Below, one piece after another: positions 20,516-29,639 of a stretch of 64,000 nt of DNA; the stretch's first letter is position 1; every line of letters starts with the position of its first letter. The notes under the pieces are model-generated. The model made no database searches and was not told the origin of the DNA. It saw only the letters and a list, made by a program, of their open reading frames with translations. The position numbers and the translations under genes are program-made. Origin of the DNA: Syntrophales bacterium (lineage in GTDB: Bacteria > Desulfobacterota > Syntrophia > Syntrophales > UBA2210); contig CAXXKT010000001.1 of assembly GCA_963662405.2 (NCBI GenBank), positions 416,001 through 480,000 of the forward strand, written 5' to 3'.

Positions 20516-21097
20516 TTAGCTTACAGGTTTCTTGTCCTGAATTTTCCCCATCCGTTTTCCCAGCCAGTCTTTCAGCCTGTCAACAAGAGAAGGCTTTTTG
20601 AACGTGAGCTTTGTTTGCGCCGTCTTATCGGAACTCATGGACGTGACTTTGGCGGTATAGACACCAGCCGGAATAGTCGGTTGGGTAATGACAACAAACT
20701 GATTATATTTCCCGTCATCGGCATACGTGCCGCTGACGTTCCCTTTCAGGATTCCGGTGACCTTCGCGAGGGGGCCTATCGGGGCGGTAAATTGACCGGC
20801 GGCATCGACTTTTCCGTCAGCTACCACCACCTCGGTTTCATCAGGGCCAAAGAGCGTTACGAATACGGAATCTTCAGGCACGAATCCCGACCCTCCGAAT
20901 ACAATCTTTTGCTTCATCAATGTAGCAGCACCGAGACTGACGCATTCGGGGTTCACAATCAATTGAGGTCCCGTAATCTCAGGATCAAAGGTTTGTGGCC
21001 CGGCCGTACACCCGGTAAGCAGAAGGCCCCCTGTTACCCCCCATAACACTACCAGAAACAAAAACGCCAAAACCCTGCTTTTTTGAATGCTCAACAT
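20516..21097 (-). CDS. Putative lipoprotein with beta-rich domain, function unknown
   Basis: Signal peptide with lipobox LLTGC. Confidence 0.75.
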   Translation of the reverse strand: MLSIQKSRVLAFLFLVVLWGVTGGLLLTGCTAGPQTFDPEITGPQLIVNPECVSLGAATLMKQKIVFGGSGFVPEDSVFVTLFGPDETEVVVADGKVDAAGQFTAPIGPLAKVTGILKGNVSGTYADDGKYNQFVVITQPTIPAGVYTAKVTSMSSDKTAQTKLTFKKPSLVDRLKDWLGKRMGKIQDKKPVS

Positions 21098-21293
21098 GTA
21101 AAGTCCCCCCCTGAGTTTTCAATTTATTATAGCATGGTGATGTAAGATGTGGTGCTCTTGTCGGCATGTGGCATTTCTACCGTAGGAACAGTATATTTTC
21201 TCGCGCAATATTTTTCAAGAGAAAATCATCGCTTTCGGATGAAATAGCGACAGCTCCCTCTGTATGGGACAATAAAAATTTGAAGTACAAGCT

Positions 21294-21471
21294 TCACACG
21301 ACACAAAAGTCCCATCGCTCGGTTCGAGAAACGGGCTTTTCGCAATCAGGCCATAGGCGTTCCTTTTTGTTTGAAGTGCGGGCCGGACAGATACAGCCAG
21401 CAATAAAATAAGTTCGTAATGAAATCAAAAGGAAGGGTACCTCCCCGGGGGATGCCGGTCAAGGGCTTTAT
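21294..21471 (-). repeat. ~178-bp repeat, copy 4 (more diverged)
   Basis: Alignment with more substitutions than copies 1-3. Confidence 0.95.
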
Positions 21472-21633
21472 CGAGGTGCATTTCGTATGGTGTATCAGTG
21501 ACCGAAGGGAAAAACCAGTTTCCCGCGAAGGACGAACCAACTGATTTCCCCGAGATTTTGACACTTCACACTAAATATCTTTGTCCTGCCATCCGATAGT
21601 GCTATAAAGCCCCGCAGTACAAGGAGGGGATAC

Positions 21634-23415
21634 ATGCGCGAACACTGGGATACCAAGCGGGCCTTCATTCTGGCGGCGATCGGATCGGCGATCGGACTGG
21701 GAAATATCTGGCGTTTCCCCTTCAAATGTTATGAAAACGGCGGCGGGGCGTTTCTCTTCGCCTATCTGATCGCCATGATCACGGCGGGGATTCCCCTCCT
21801 TATCATGGAGATGGGCATCGGTCACCGGTTCGGGCTGGCGGCACCACTCTCATGGAGGACAATCTCAAAAAAATATGAATGGATCGGCTGGTGGGCCGTG
21901 TTCGTATCGTTCGTTATCACCACCTACTACACGGTGGTAATGGCCTGGAGCCTGAATTTTTCTGTCTATTCCTTGAGCCAGGCATGGGGTGACAACCCGT
22001 CAGACTTTTTTTACAACTCATTTCTCCGACTCACGGACAGCCCTTTCAATCTGGGAGGGATACGCGTTCCAATCCTGGTTTCCCTGGCCGCGGCCTGGGT
22101 ACTGATTCTTGCCTCGATCTGGAAGGGCACCCGATCGGTTTCGAAAGTCGTTTATATCACGGTATTTCTGCCGTGGTTGATCCTGATCGTCTTTGTAATC
22201 AGAAGCGTCATGCTTCCGGGAGCCATGGAAGGACTCCATTATTATCTGTACCCCGTCATGGAAAAGCTCATGAATCCCCGTGTCTGGGTGGCGGCCTATG
22301 GGCAGGCCTTTTATTCGCTGTCCATCGGGTTCGGTCTGATTATCGCCTACGCCAGCTATCTCAAACGGGACACCGATATTGTCAGCAGCGCGGTCATCAT
22401 TGCATTGAGTGACGGCGCGACCGCCTTTGTCGGCGGCTTCGCCGTGTTCGGTTCACTGGGTTTTTATGCCCACCTGAATAACCTGCCCGTCACCGAGGTC
22501 TTACAGGGCGGACCGGGGTTGGCATTTGTAACGTATCCGGCGATCATTAATCAGTTGCCGTATTCATGGATCTTCGGGATCCTCTTTTTCCTGATGCTGA
22601 TTACCCTGGCGCTGGATTCCTGTTTTGCCCTGGTGGAATCCGTATCTTCGTCATTGAGGGATAAATTCGGCTGGGGCATTAAGAAATCCAACCTGCTTGT
22701 CGCCATTCCGGGATTTGTGGTCGGCATTATTTTCACGACCGGCGCGGGGTTGTACTGGCTCGATATCGTCGATAAGTGGATGGAGTTCTTTGGGCTGGGG
22801 ATGGTGATCCTCTTTGAAACGATTGTCATCGGGTGGTTTTACGATACGGGAGGTTTGCGGCAGTATGCCAACCGGCCCTCGGATATCAAGATCGGGAGGT
22901 CATGGGAAATCCTCTTGAAATATTTAATCCCGGTTGCACTGGCAATCCTCGTCGTCAGTGAAGGCATCCGGCTGATTCGCATCGGTTATGGTGATTACCC
23001 CGCTTCGGCACTGCTCATAGGAGGGTGGGGCGTGGCATTGATCCTGCCGGTTATTGCCTTCCTGGCCGCCAAGCTCAGAGGGAAAGAAAAATCCCTTTCC
23101 CCTTTGCCGGAGCCCGTGGAAGACCTGACCGATCAGACCGGTTTTCGTCACTATGCCCTTTTCCAGCGAGTCGTCATAGTTTTGATCGTGGTCACCTCTG
23201 TGGTTGCCCTTGTGGCCCGATGTTTTCCCCGTATGACACATTTCGTTGTCCCCGTTGTCATCATCACCATGGTTATCAGCCTCGTGGGGGGATCCGTGTA
23301 TTTTCTGAAAATCTCGTCGGGCAATTTTGAGAAACGGGAAGAATGGCGGGAAAGGTATGCATTGGATCAACAGAGAAGCAGTACCAATCGAGCCCGAAGG
23401 GGTTCCCGCCAATAA
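21634..23415 (+). CDS. Sodium-dependent transporter (NSS/SLC6 family) with C-terminal extension
   Basis: GSAIGLGNIWRFP..ENGGGAF signature. Confidence 0.95.
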   Translation: MREHWDTKRAFILAAIGSAIGLGNIWRFPFKCYENGGGAFLFAYLIAMITAGIPLLIMEMGIGHRFGLAAPLSWRTISKKYEWIGWWAVFVSFVITTYYTVVMAWSLNFSVYSLSQAWGDNPSDFFYNSFLRLTDSPFNLGGIRVPILVSLAAAWVLILASIWKGTRSVSKVVYITVFLPWLILIVFVIRSVMLPGAMEGLHYYLYPVMEKLMNPRVWVAAYGQAFYSLSIGFGLIIAYASYLKRDTDIVSSAVIIALSDGATAFVGGFAVFGSLGFYAHLNNLPVTEVLQGGPGLAFVTYPAIINQLPYSWIFGILFFLMLITLALDSCFALVESVSSSLRDKFGWGIKKSNLLVAIPGFVVGIIFTTGAGLYWLDIVDKWMEFFGLGMVILFETIVIGWFYDTGGLRQYANRPSDIKIGRSWEILLKYLIPVALAILVVSEGIRLIRIGYGDYPASALLIGGWGVALILPVIAFLAAKLRGKEKSLSPLPEPVEDLTDQTGFRHYALFQRVVIVLIVVTSVVALVARCFPRMTHFVVPVVIITMVISLVGGSVYFLKISSGNFEKREEWRERYALDQQRSSTNRARRGSRQ

Positions 23416-23472
23416 GACTTTGAATGGTCAGGCACCGGCAATCATCCTCCGCCGGCGCCTGACCCGGCCTGT

Positions 23473-24585
23473 TTATTTGAAGACCAGCATTGTCGAGGTC
23501 TGATTGATATGACCGAGGTATTCTTCACCGTAGGTGCTGAACCCGACGGTCGGGACATCGGTGAAGACCTTTCCGTAATCGTCCGTTTTTTCACCTCCCT
23601 TGAGCTCGAGTGTCCTGAGGATGCAATGGAAATTGACGATCCCCGCGATCGATCCCATTTCCTTCCGTTTCGCCTCGATAGCCGCCTTCGTATCACCGAC
23701 GATATCACCCGATTCCAAGAGTGAAAGTTCCATCCCCTCCAGTATCTGACAGTAGAATTTGATGACCGTGCCCTGAACCTGCTGGGGACTTCTGACGAAG
23801 GGTTCGCCGTCAACCATGAGCCCCAGGGGGTTTTTCATGAAGTAGTCGGCCGCCGCATCTACCGGTACGCCGACGGCCTCGGCATAGGCTTCCGTGGCGG
23901 GCCTGCCATTAAATTCGATGACTTCTCTGTTCTGCTCATCGACTTTTGTAGCCACCAATACCGGGGAAAGCTGTTTAAAGCTCTGTGTCTTAACGATGTC
24001 GAAGGGCCTGGCGGCCTTTATGAGGACCAGGATCGCGGCATCGGTGCACGCCTTTCCTTCGGCAAAGAGGTGCGTCGCCTGGAACTTGAGGTCATCACCG
24101 GCCGACCCGCCGATAAAGGTAACGTTGGTCAGATCGCCGATCCATTCCATCAGTCTCTCCTCGGCACCGCTGAGGCCGTCGGCCAATATGATGCCTACAT
24201 ACGTTTCGAAATCAATAGACGCCATGTCCGTTCCGAAGTGCTTTTCGAAAGAATCGAATGCACCGATGATCATGTCTTTATTCCCGGTCGCGATACCCTC
24301 CACGACTTCAATTTTCATGTCTTCGATGATGTCGCCGCCGAAGGCCATGGCCACGATGGATTCTTCCAGCATTTTTCCCGAAACGATCTCACCGGCCGTC
24401 GTACAGCCGAAGACGGGAACAGCGTCAAAGGCCTTCTGCATTTCCGCGGCCACCGCATCGGGATCGTAAGACGACGAAACAAAATAAATGACTGTTTTAA
24501 AGGACTCGACACCCAGGGCCTGCCGGATCGTTTGAACCGCTTTGGTGACATCTTTTTCAGTGGTGTACGCTGTTTTGATACTCAT
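23473..24585 (-). CDS. FIST N+C domain sensory protein
   Basis: FGCTTAGEI, GGSAGDD, C.LR and GFSTYGE motifs. Confidence 0.93.
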   Translation of the reverse strand: MSIKTAYTTEKDVTKAVQTIRQALGVESFKTVIYFVSSSYDPDAVAAEMQKAFDAVPVFGCTTAGEIVSGKMLEESIVAMAFGGDIIEDMKIEVVEGIATGNKDMIIGAFDSFEKHFGTDMASIDFETYVGIILADGLSGAEERLMEWIGDLTNVTFIGGSAGDDLKFQATHLFAEGKACTDAAILVLIKAARPFDIVKTQSFKQLSPVLVATKVDEQNREVIEFNGRPATEAYAEAVGVPVDAAADYFMKNPLGLMVDGEPFVRSPQQVQGTVIKFYCQILEGMELSLLESGDIVGDTKAAIEAKRKEMGSIAGIVNFHCILRTLELKGGEKTDDYGKVFTDVPTVGFSTYGEEYLGHINQTSTMLVFK

Positions 24586-24622
24586 ATATCTTCTCCTCCG
24601 TTACATATTCTGTGTTTGGCTA

Positions 24623-24826
24623 CTACGAGATCTTGACTCCCATCTCCTGCGCCGTCATGATGACTTTTTTTATGACGGCAGGGTCGTCCGCCGAACGCGC
24701 GTCATACTTGTCGGGGTTGAGTCCCTTCAATATCAGCTTTGTCTTTGTCGTGGTCATCAGGGTGGGATTTCCACCTGACTTAGCCGTTACGATCTCATCC
24801 AACATCTTCTTGATTTTTCCCGCCAT
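24623..24826 (-). CDS. Small hypothetical protein co-oriented with the FIST gene
   Basis: 67 aa; SD AAGGAG; same strand and 37 bp upstream of the FIST gene. Confidence 0.75.
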   Translation of the reverse strand: MAGKIKKMLDEIVTAKSGGNPTLMTTTKTKLILKGLNPDKYDARSADDPAVIKKVIMTAQEMGVKIS

Positions 24827-25242
24827 AGATTCCTCCTTGAGTAATATGATTTCCCGTTGTCCTGTTTTAGTAGATTGTAAGATTCCAAGCGATCAAATGT
24901 ATGATAAACTCAGATCCAGGTTGTTGCCTGGTCCGGCCCTCTCGGCTTATGCCGCAGGAGCTTCATCACAGGCCCCGACGGATCAATAATCGGCAGTAAC
25001 CTTTATTTCTTTAGAAAATAACGTAAAAGGGGAGGAAGAAGGGAAGATCGGACAAGGGGCATCGGGATCTTACGAAAAACGCCGTCCCGGGGGATTTCGC
25101 GCATATTCTGATTCATAAAAGATCGGGTAGTCCCCCGTCGAAAGGCTATACGCTATTCCTCTTGGCACAAGAAACCACGCGAGGATTTCACGGGCTCTCC
25201 CCGCGTTGTGATTTTTCAATCGTTACAGCGACAATAAAACAA

Positions 25243-25978
25243 GGGTCTTGACTAGAACAGCGGTTTATTTTTGAAGTTCTTTAACAACAATTTATAGATA
25301 TCGGTGTTACGGTTGTTGAACCGGAACTCACATTCCTTGAGATGCAGGTAAAAGGTTGATTGTGGAATACCATGGAACTTCATCAGCCTCCGTTTTGCGA
25401 ATGACCAGAAGGATTCAATGCCATTGATGTGGCTTTTCCCCCTGGCAAATTCATTGGCTCCGTGATGAACACGGTAATGCTTTTTGTATCCCAAGTCAAC
25501 CAAACCATCATAGCCTCTCCAACTATCTGAATGTATGACACTATTCGGTTCAACTTTGCCCCTGATAATGGCCTGGAGAGTCTTCCTGGCGCAATCGGGA
25601 ACGATTTCGGTATAGACACTGCCTTTTCGTTGCAGGATACCGAATACAGGGGTTTTTCTCCCGGCCCCACGGCCTCGTTTCCCTTTGATACGTTTTGCAC
25701 CGAAATATGATTCGTCAACCTCGATTTCACCCTGAAATGGTGATTCTTCTTCGCACAGATCAGCTATACGTTGACGAATCAAAGACAGATATCGATTCAC
25801 CGTATTTCTATTGAGTTTTGTTAAAAGAGCGATGGTTTGAGCATCCAAATCGAAGGCAAAATACTTCACGATCTCTCTAAATTTTGCCTCTGAAATTTTG
25901 GAATTTTTTACATACTTGTTACTTATTGACATGACTAGACTCTTAACATATTTCCGTGTGCTGTTCTAGTCAAGACCC
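25243..25978 (-). mobile_element. IS1595-family (IS1016-like) insertion sequence, 736 bp
   Basis: 19-bp perfect terminal IR GGGTCTTGACTAGAACAGC; 8-bp target duplication TAAAACAA at 25235-25242 and 25979-25986. Confidence 0.96.
25252..25932 (-). CDS. IS1595-family transposase
   Basis: EIEVDESYFG, HSDSWRGY, HINGIESFWS and KECEFRFN motifs. Confidence 0.97.
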   Translation of the reverse strand: MSISNKYVKNSKISEAKFREIVKYFAFDLDAQTIALLTKLNRNTVNRYLSLIRQRIADLCEEESPFQGEIEVDESYFGAKRIKGKRGRGAGRKTPVFGILQRKGSVYTEIVPDCARKTLQAIIRGKVEPNSVIHSDSWRGYDGLVDLGYKKHYRVHHGANEFARGKSHINGIESFWSFAKRRLMKFHGIPQSTFYLHLKECEFRFNNRNTDIYKLLLKNFKNKPLF

Positions 25979-26045
25979 TAAAACAAAAGCCCCGTTGCTC
26001 ATTTCGAGAAACGGGGCTCTTGTAATCGGTCCGTATGTGCTCGTT
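25979..26045 (-). repeat. Partial degenerate copy 5 of the repeat (terminator half); terminates the Sel1 gene
   Basis: ACAAAAGCCCCgttGCTC..TTCGAGaAACGGGGCTcTTgtAATC aligns with the repeat terminator. Confidence 0.8.
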
Positions 26046-26051
26046 GTTTCC

Positions 26052-26849
26052 TTATTTATCTGTGCTCTTCAGCATTTCAAGCAGTTGCGGCGTCGCCTTG
26101 CCGTCAGGATACAGACCCTTCGTGCGCTGAAACTCCTGGATCGCAGTCTTCGTCTTGCCCCCGAACATCCCATCAATCGGACCCGGCGCGTATCCCAGAT
26201 CGGTCAGGCGCTGCTGGACTTGACGGACCAGTTGCTGCCCGGTGGACCTGTTGGTGCTCCGAGTCGATGGCGCGGCCTGGTTCATCTTTTTTACATACTC
26301 CTGTATACCCGATTCCGAGAGCAACTGACTGTCAACCTGAACACCATGAGCCTGGGCCAGGCGAAACCACCTGACCGCTTCCCTGTTGCTCTGCGGGACC
26401 CCGATCCCCTGGGCATACATCAGTCCGAGCAGATCCATGGAGGGCCCGTGCTCCAGAGCGGCGGCCTGTTCGAGATGGCGTACCGCCACCATCGAATTAG
26501 AGAAAATCAATTCCATGCCGATAAAGTAATGCGCCGCCGGGGAACCGTTCTCCGCGGCCTGCCGTATCCAGTACTCGTATTGCCTGATATCTCGCTGTAC
26601 CCCTTCCCGGTTCAGATACATGTTGGCGAGCATGAACTGTCCATACGGGCTTCCCGCCTGGGCAGCCGTTTTATATTCCTGGAAAGCGGTAACAAAATCC
26701 TTGTTCTGATATGCCTCGTCCGCCTTTTCCTCAGCGACGCTTGACTTGTACAGGTCTACCGTCTGAGACAATGTCCCCGCGCAACCGGACAAAAAACCGC
26801 CTAAGACAATCAAACCAGCTATAACCAAAACCTTTCGATAGCGAATCAT
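26052..26849 (-). CDS. Lipoprotein with Sel1-like repeats and a C-terminal peptidoglycan-binding domain
   Basis: LSGC lipobox; LGLMYAQGIGVPQS..AVRWF; LGY..GPIDGMFG.KT..AI.EFQ. Confidence 0.92.
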   Translation of the reverse strand: MIRYRKVLVIAGLIVLGGFLSGCAGTLSQTVDLYKSSVAEEKADEAYQNKDFVTAFQEYKTAAQAGSPYGQFMLANMYLNREGVQRDIRQYEYWIRQAAENGSPAAHYFIGMELIFSNSMVAVRHLEQAAALEHGPSMDLLGLMYAQGIGVPQSNREAVRWFRLAQAHGVQVDSQLLSESGIQEYVKKMNQAAPSTRSTNRSTGQQLVRQVQQRLTDLGYAPGPIDGMFGGKTKTAIQEFQRTKGLYPDGKATPQLLEMLKSTDK

Positions 26850-26916
26850 CGTCAGTCTCCCTTATCTTTGTTTGCCCTCACCCTGCCTTCAATTGTAAAT
26901 CACCGGACAGGTACCG

Positions 26917-27810
26917 TTACTTCGCACCACCGCCGCTGCTGCTGTTATGGACGAGATAGCGATTACCGCTGTCCGTCACCACATAGAAATTATGGCTGTC
27001 ATCGACCTGCATATTATACAGCGTGTGGCGTGCCCGATGGTAATCGACTGAAACAATCGTGACCATACAACCGTCTATCTGCACCTCGTCACCTTCCCGC
27101 AGGTCGCGCACCCTCTTCCAGCCGGTGTCGCTGAGGAGCCGTTCGGTTCCGGTAGCGGAAAGCTCTCCGTTGATCGTATAGAGATGATTTCCCTCGACGG
27201 TGTAGACATCGACCACCGGTTTGATTACCGTAGTCTGATACCCGATATCGTAGGTCAGGACCCGATCACCGGGGCGGATCTGTTCAAAGGGTTTTGCCGA
27301 TCCGTCCGCCATGGTCACGAGCGTATCGGGCAGAAAACACCCCCCCGACTGGGAGATAATCGTCTGTCTCTCCTGCTCCAACCGGTCGACTTTCTTCTTG
27401 AGCCGTTCAACTTCCTTCTCGGTGGCGGCTGCTTCGGTATAGTGCCGATTTGCCGCATCTTCATATGTCTCTTTGCCATCTCCCTTGAACCATCCCCGAC
27501 TTTGGTCGTTCTTGACATCATTTATGACCCCGAGGTGCTGTTCCTTGACCGCGTGCGCCTCCAGGCCGCTAATGGTCTCTCGAGTGTTTTCGATGTCTCT
27601 CTCGACTTCTTTCACTGTTCGCGGCGTAACAGGAGCAGGGGGCGGGGTCTCAGGCTTGGGGGCCGGCTTTGCATACCTATAACCCCTTGACGGCCCCGGG
27701 GACAGACAGAATGCGACAGCATCCTGAATTGAGAATACGATTGCTGTGCCGATCACCAGAACGACAAACATTGACTGGAGCATGTTTTCTCTTTTCATAA
27801 TATCCCTCAA
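26917..27810 (-). CDS. Secreted protein with a C-terminal Hint (bacterial intein-like) domain
   Basis: Signal peptide, Pro-rich linker, coiled coil, then GGCFLPDTLV...YNMQVDDSHNFYV...LVHNS. Confidence 0.9.
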   Translation of the reverse strand: MRDIMKRENMLQSMFVVLVIGTAIVFSIQDAVAFCLSPGPSRGYRYAKPAPKPETPPPAPVTPRTVKEVERDIENTRETISGLEAHAVKEQHLGVINDVKNDQSRGWFKGDGKETYEDAANRHYTEAAATEKEVERLKKKVDRLEQERQTIISQSGGCFLPDTLVTMADGSAKPFEQIRPGDRVLTYDIGYQTTVIKPVVDVYTVEGNHLYTINGELSATGTERLLSDTGWKRVRDLREGDEVQIDGCMVTIVSVDYHRARHTLYNMQVDDSHNFYVVTDSGNRYLVHNSSSGGGAK

Positions 27811-27983
27811 TAGTTAAAACTGCTTTGAATGTGATTTTTCTCTAATTTATACCAAGATTACTTTTTGTGTCAATCTCCTTTTGCGTAGCGGAGCCAAGGT
27901 GCCGTTTCTCCCCCGGGACGCATGATCCATCTCATCTCGTTCTTGTCAGGGGGAGGAGCATTGCTCGTTTGAGCACCGTGTTT

Positions 27984-28454
27984 TCAACCGTGTGCATCAG
28001 TAAGATCGTCTATGGTCCACCACCTGACATCATCGATTCCCCGGACCATCTGATAGGCACCGACGGTGACACGAAAGAGGGCACAGCCAGTCGACCGAAG
28101 AAAGGATTCGAGATCGGGGTGCCTCTCCAGGTGCGCGTTGAGAGCGGTGTCCAGCCCTGCATCCGCGATCTCTTCCGCGCGGCCAAGCGCGGTGATGACG
28201 AAGCCTTCCCGCTGACCCGGGATGGACATGCCCCGGCCATCGATAAAGAGGGCTACTTTGGTGTTGCCGATCAGATTGCGGTACTTGCGTGTGCCGCGAT
28301 AGGTGGCGAAGAGGAGGTGCCGACAGTTTCCGGACGGTGTGATGGCTACCAGGCTCGCATGGGGCTGTCCGTCGTGCTCCGTCGTCAGAACGGCAAATCC
28401 TGCCGCCTGGAGCACCTTTTCGATCAACTGGATCATATCGGGTTGATGTTTCAT
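27984..28454 (-). CDS. Pyridoxamine 5'-phosphate oxidase-like flavin-binding protein
   Basis: AVLTT..GQPHASLV, T.R.TRKYRNL..N.KVAL motifs. Confidence 0.85.
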   Translation of the reverse strand: MKHQPDMIQLIEKVLQAAGFAVLTTEHDGQPHASLVAITPSGNCRHLLFATYRGTRKYRNLIGNTKVALFIDGRGMSIPGQREGFVITALGRAEEIADAGLDTALNAHLERHPDLESFLRSTGCALFRVTVGAYQMVRGIDDVRWWTIDDLTDAHG

Positions 28455-28565
28455 GTCGGGTTCAACCTGATGATGGCCCGGCGACGTTTCTGTTGCCGGA
28501 GGAAAACCGTTGAGCAGATACTTACTGATAATAAACAGAGAAACACACCAAACGGACTATACTGA

Positions 28566-28594
28566 AGGATACCCTTCCGACTTATCACGGTCAA
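28566..28594 (-). promoter_or_regulatory. Sigma70 promoter with the same hexamers as the repeat promoter
   Basis: TTGACC-N17-TATCCT. Confidence 0.6.
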
Positions 28595-28604
28595 GAATTA
28601 TGTG

Positions 28605-28695
28605 TTTAATTAGGGACAGCGCCCATTTTTGTAAATGCCTAAATTAAATCTTATTTTCTGTGATAGGAGAAAAATGGGCGCTGTCCCTAATTAAA
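28605..28695. repeat. 91-bp element with 26-bp perfect inverted repeats (MITE/REP-like)
   Basis: TTTAATTAGGGACAGCGCCCATTTTT ... AAAAATGGGCGCTGTCCCTAATTAAA. Confidence 0.85.
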
Positions 28696-28701
28696 TCCTA
28701 A

Positions 28702-29577
28702 TTAAATATCGACCCCCAAGAACGTACGCAGCAGATAACCGATGAAGAAGCTGAACGCGGCGACGCTCAGGCTCAGGCCCGCCATTTCAATAAAGCGTTT
28801 TCTGAATGATTCGTCTTTGGCAACAGAAATGTAATAATTAAAAAGGGCGATGATCAGAACGGCACCGGCAAGCGTACATCCCAGACAGAGGTAATAGTCG
28901 TTGAGGACCAGATAGGGCAGGATGAGAAGCAGCACGGTAATCAGATAGGCAACGCCCGTGTAAGTCGATGCCCTCAAGGGATTCTTGGTCGTTTCTTCCG
29001 CCTTTGTGGAGAGGTATTCTGAGGCCCCCATCGAGAGGGCGGCGGCGATGCCGGTAATCGAACCGGTCAGGGCGATCAGCTTCGTGTTCTGCAGGGCCAG
29101 GGTCAGCCCCGCCAGCGCACCGGTCAGTTCAACAAGGGCGTCGTTGAGACCCAGGACCATGGAACCGGTATAGCGCAGCCGCTCCTCGTCCAAGAGTTCA
29201 AGGAGGGCGGTCTCGTGCTGGTTCTCCTCACGCATAATGATCTCAGCCTCCGGGATCTCGGCCCGGAGACGCTCATAGCTCTCCTGGGCACCCTGCTCCC
29301 CCTGCTCCATCAGCTTGACGCCGAAGGTAAACCCGAATAGGCGGCTGATCCAGTAGTATTTCCACATCTTCCACCGGTCGGGCGCTATATCCTCTTGGGT
29401 ATAGGTGCGCCAGGTGTGGTAATGCCGGAGTTCGTCGTTGGAGATATCTTCCAGTACCCGCCGGTTCGCGGGTTCGCGGACCCGCTCGGCCAGCCTTTTG
29501 TAAATATAATGTTCGGTGATTTCGTTCCGTTGAAAGGTCAGGACCTTCCGGCGAATTTCCGCGCTGACAGCCATCAT
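28702..29577 (-). CDS. Ferritin/rubrerythrin-like domain fused to a VIT1/CCC1 transporter
   Basis: E..EH, DE.RH, EE..H di-iron motifs; VLGLNDALVE..ALSMGASEYLS. Confidence 0.9.
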   Translation of the reverse strand: MMAVSAEIRRKVLTFQRNEITEHYIYKRLAERVREPANRRVLEDISNDELRHYHTWRTYTQEDIAPDRWKMWKYYWISRLFGFTFGVKLMEQGEQGAQESYERLRAEIPEAEIIMREENQHETALLELLDEERLRYTGSMVLGLNDALVELTGALAGLTLALQNTKLIALTGSITGIAAALSMGASEYLSTKAEETTKNPLRASTYTGVAYLITVLLLILPYLVLNDYYLCLGCTLAGAVLIIALFNYYISVAKDESFRKRFIEMAGLSLSVAAFSFFIGYLLRTFLGVDI

Positions 29578-29639
29578 TCAGCTCCTTGTATCTCTCTATT
29601 CAGATGCCCGGGTGATATAACCTCTTCAGGCGGGAGAAC

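Noticed and set aside
17079..21471. Repeat array as a CRISPR array or classical integron attC array
   Set aside because: Repeats are ~178 bp with kilobase gene-bearing spacers; no cas or intI gene in the window; no attC terminal consensus.
21480..21507. ATTTCGTAT-GGTGTAT resembling a XerC arm of a dif/pdif site
   Set aside because: No XerD arm (TTATGTTAAAT) and wrong spacing.
21505..21552. Hairpin upstream of the NSS gene as a possible riboswitch
   Set aside because: No recognisable aptamer consensus and no expression platform.
17057..21564. ORFs overlapping the repeats (17057-17287, 18676-18993, 19914-20195, 21215-21403) and the N-terminal extension of the SDR ORF
   Set aside because: Starts, stops and frames are inconsistent between copies; they are by-products of the repeat.
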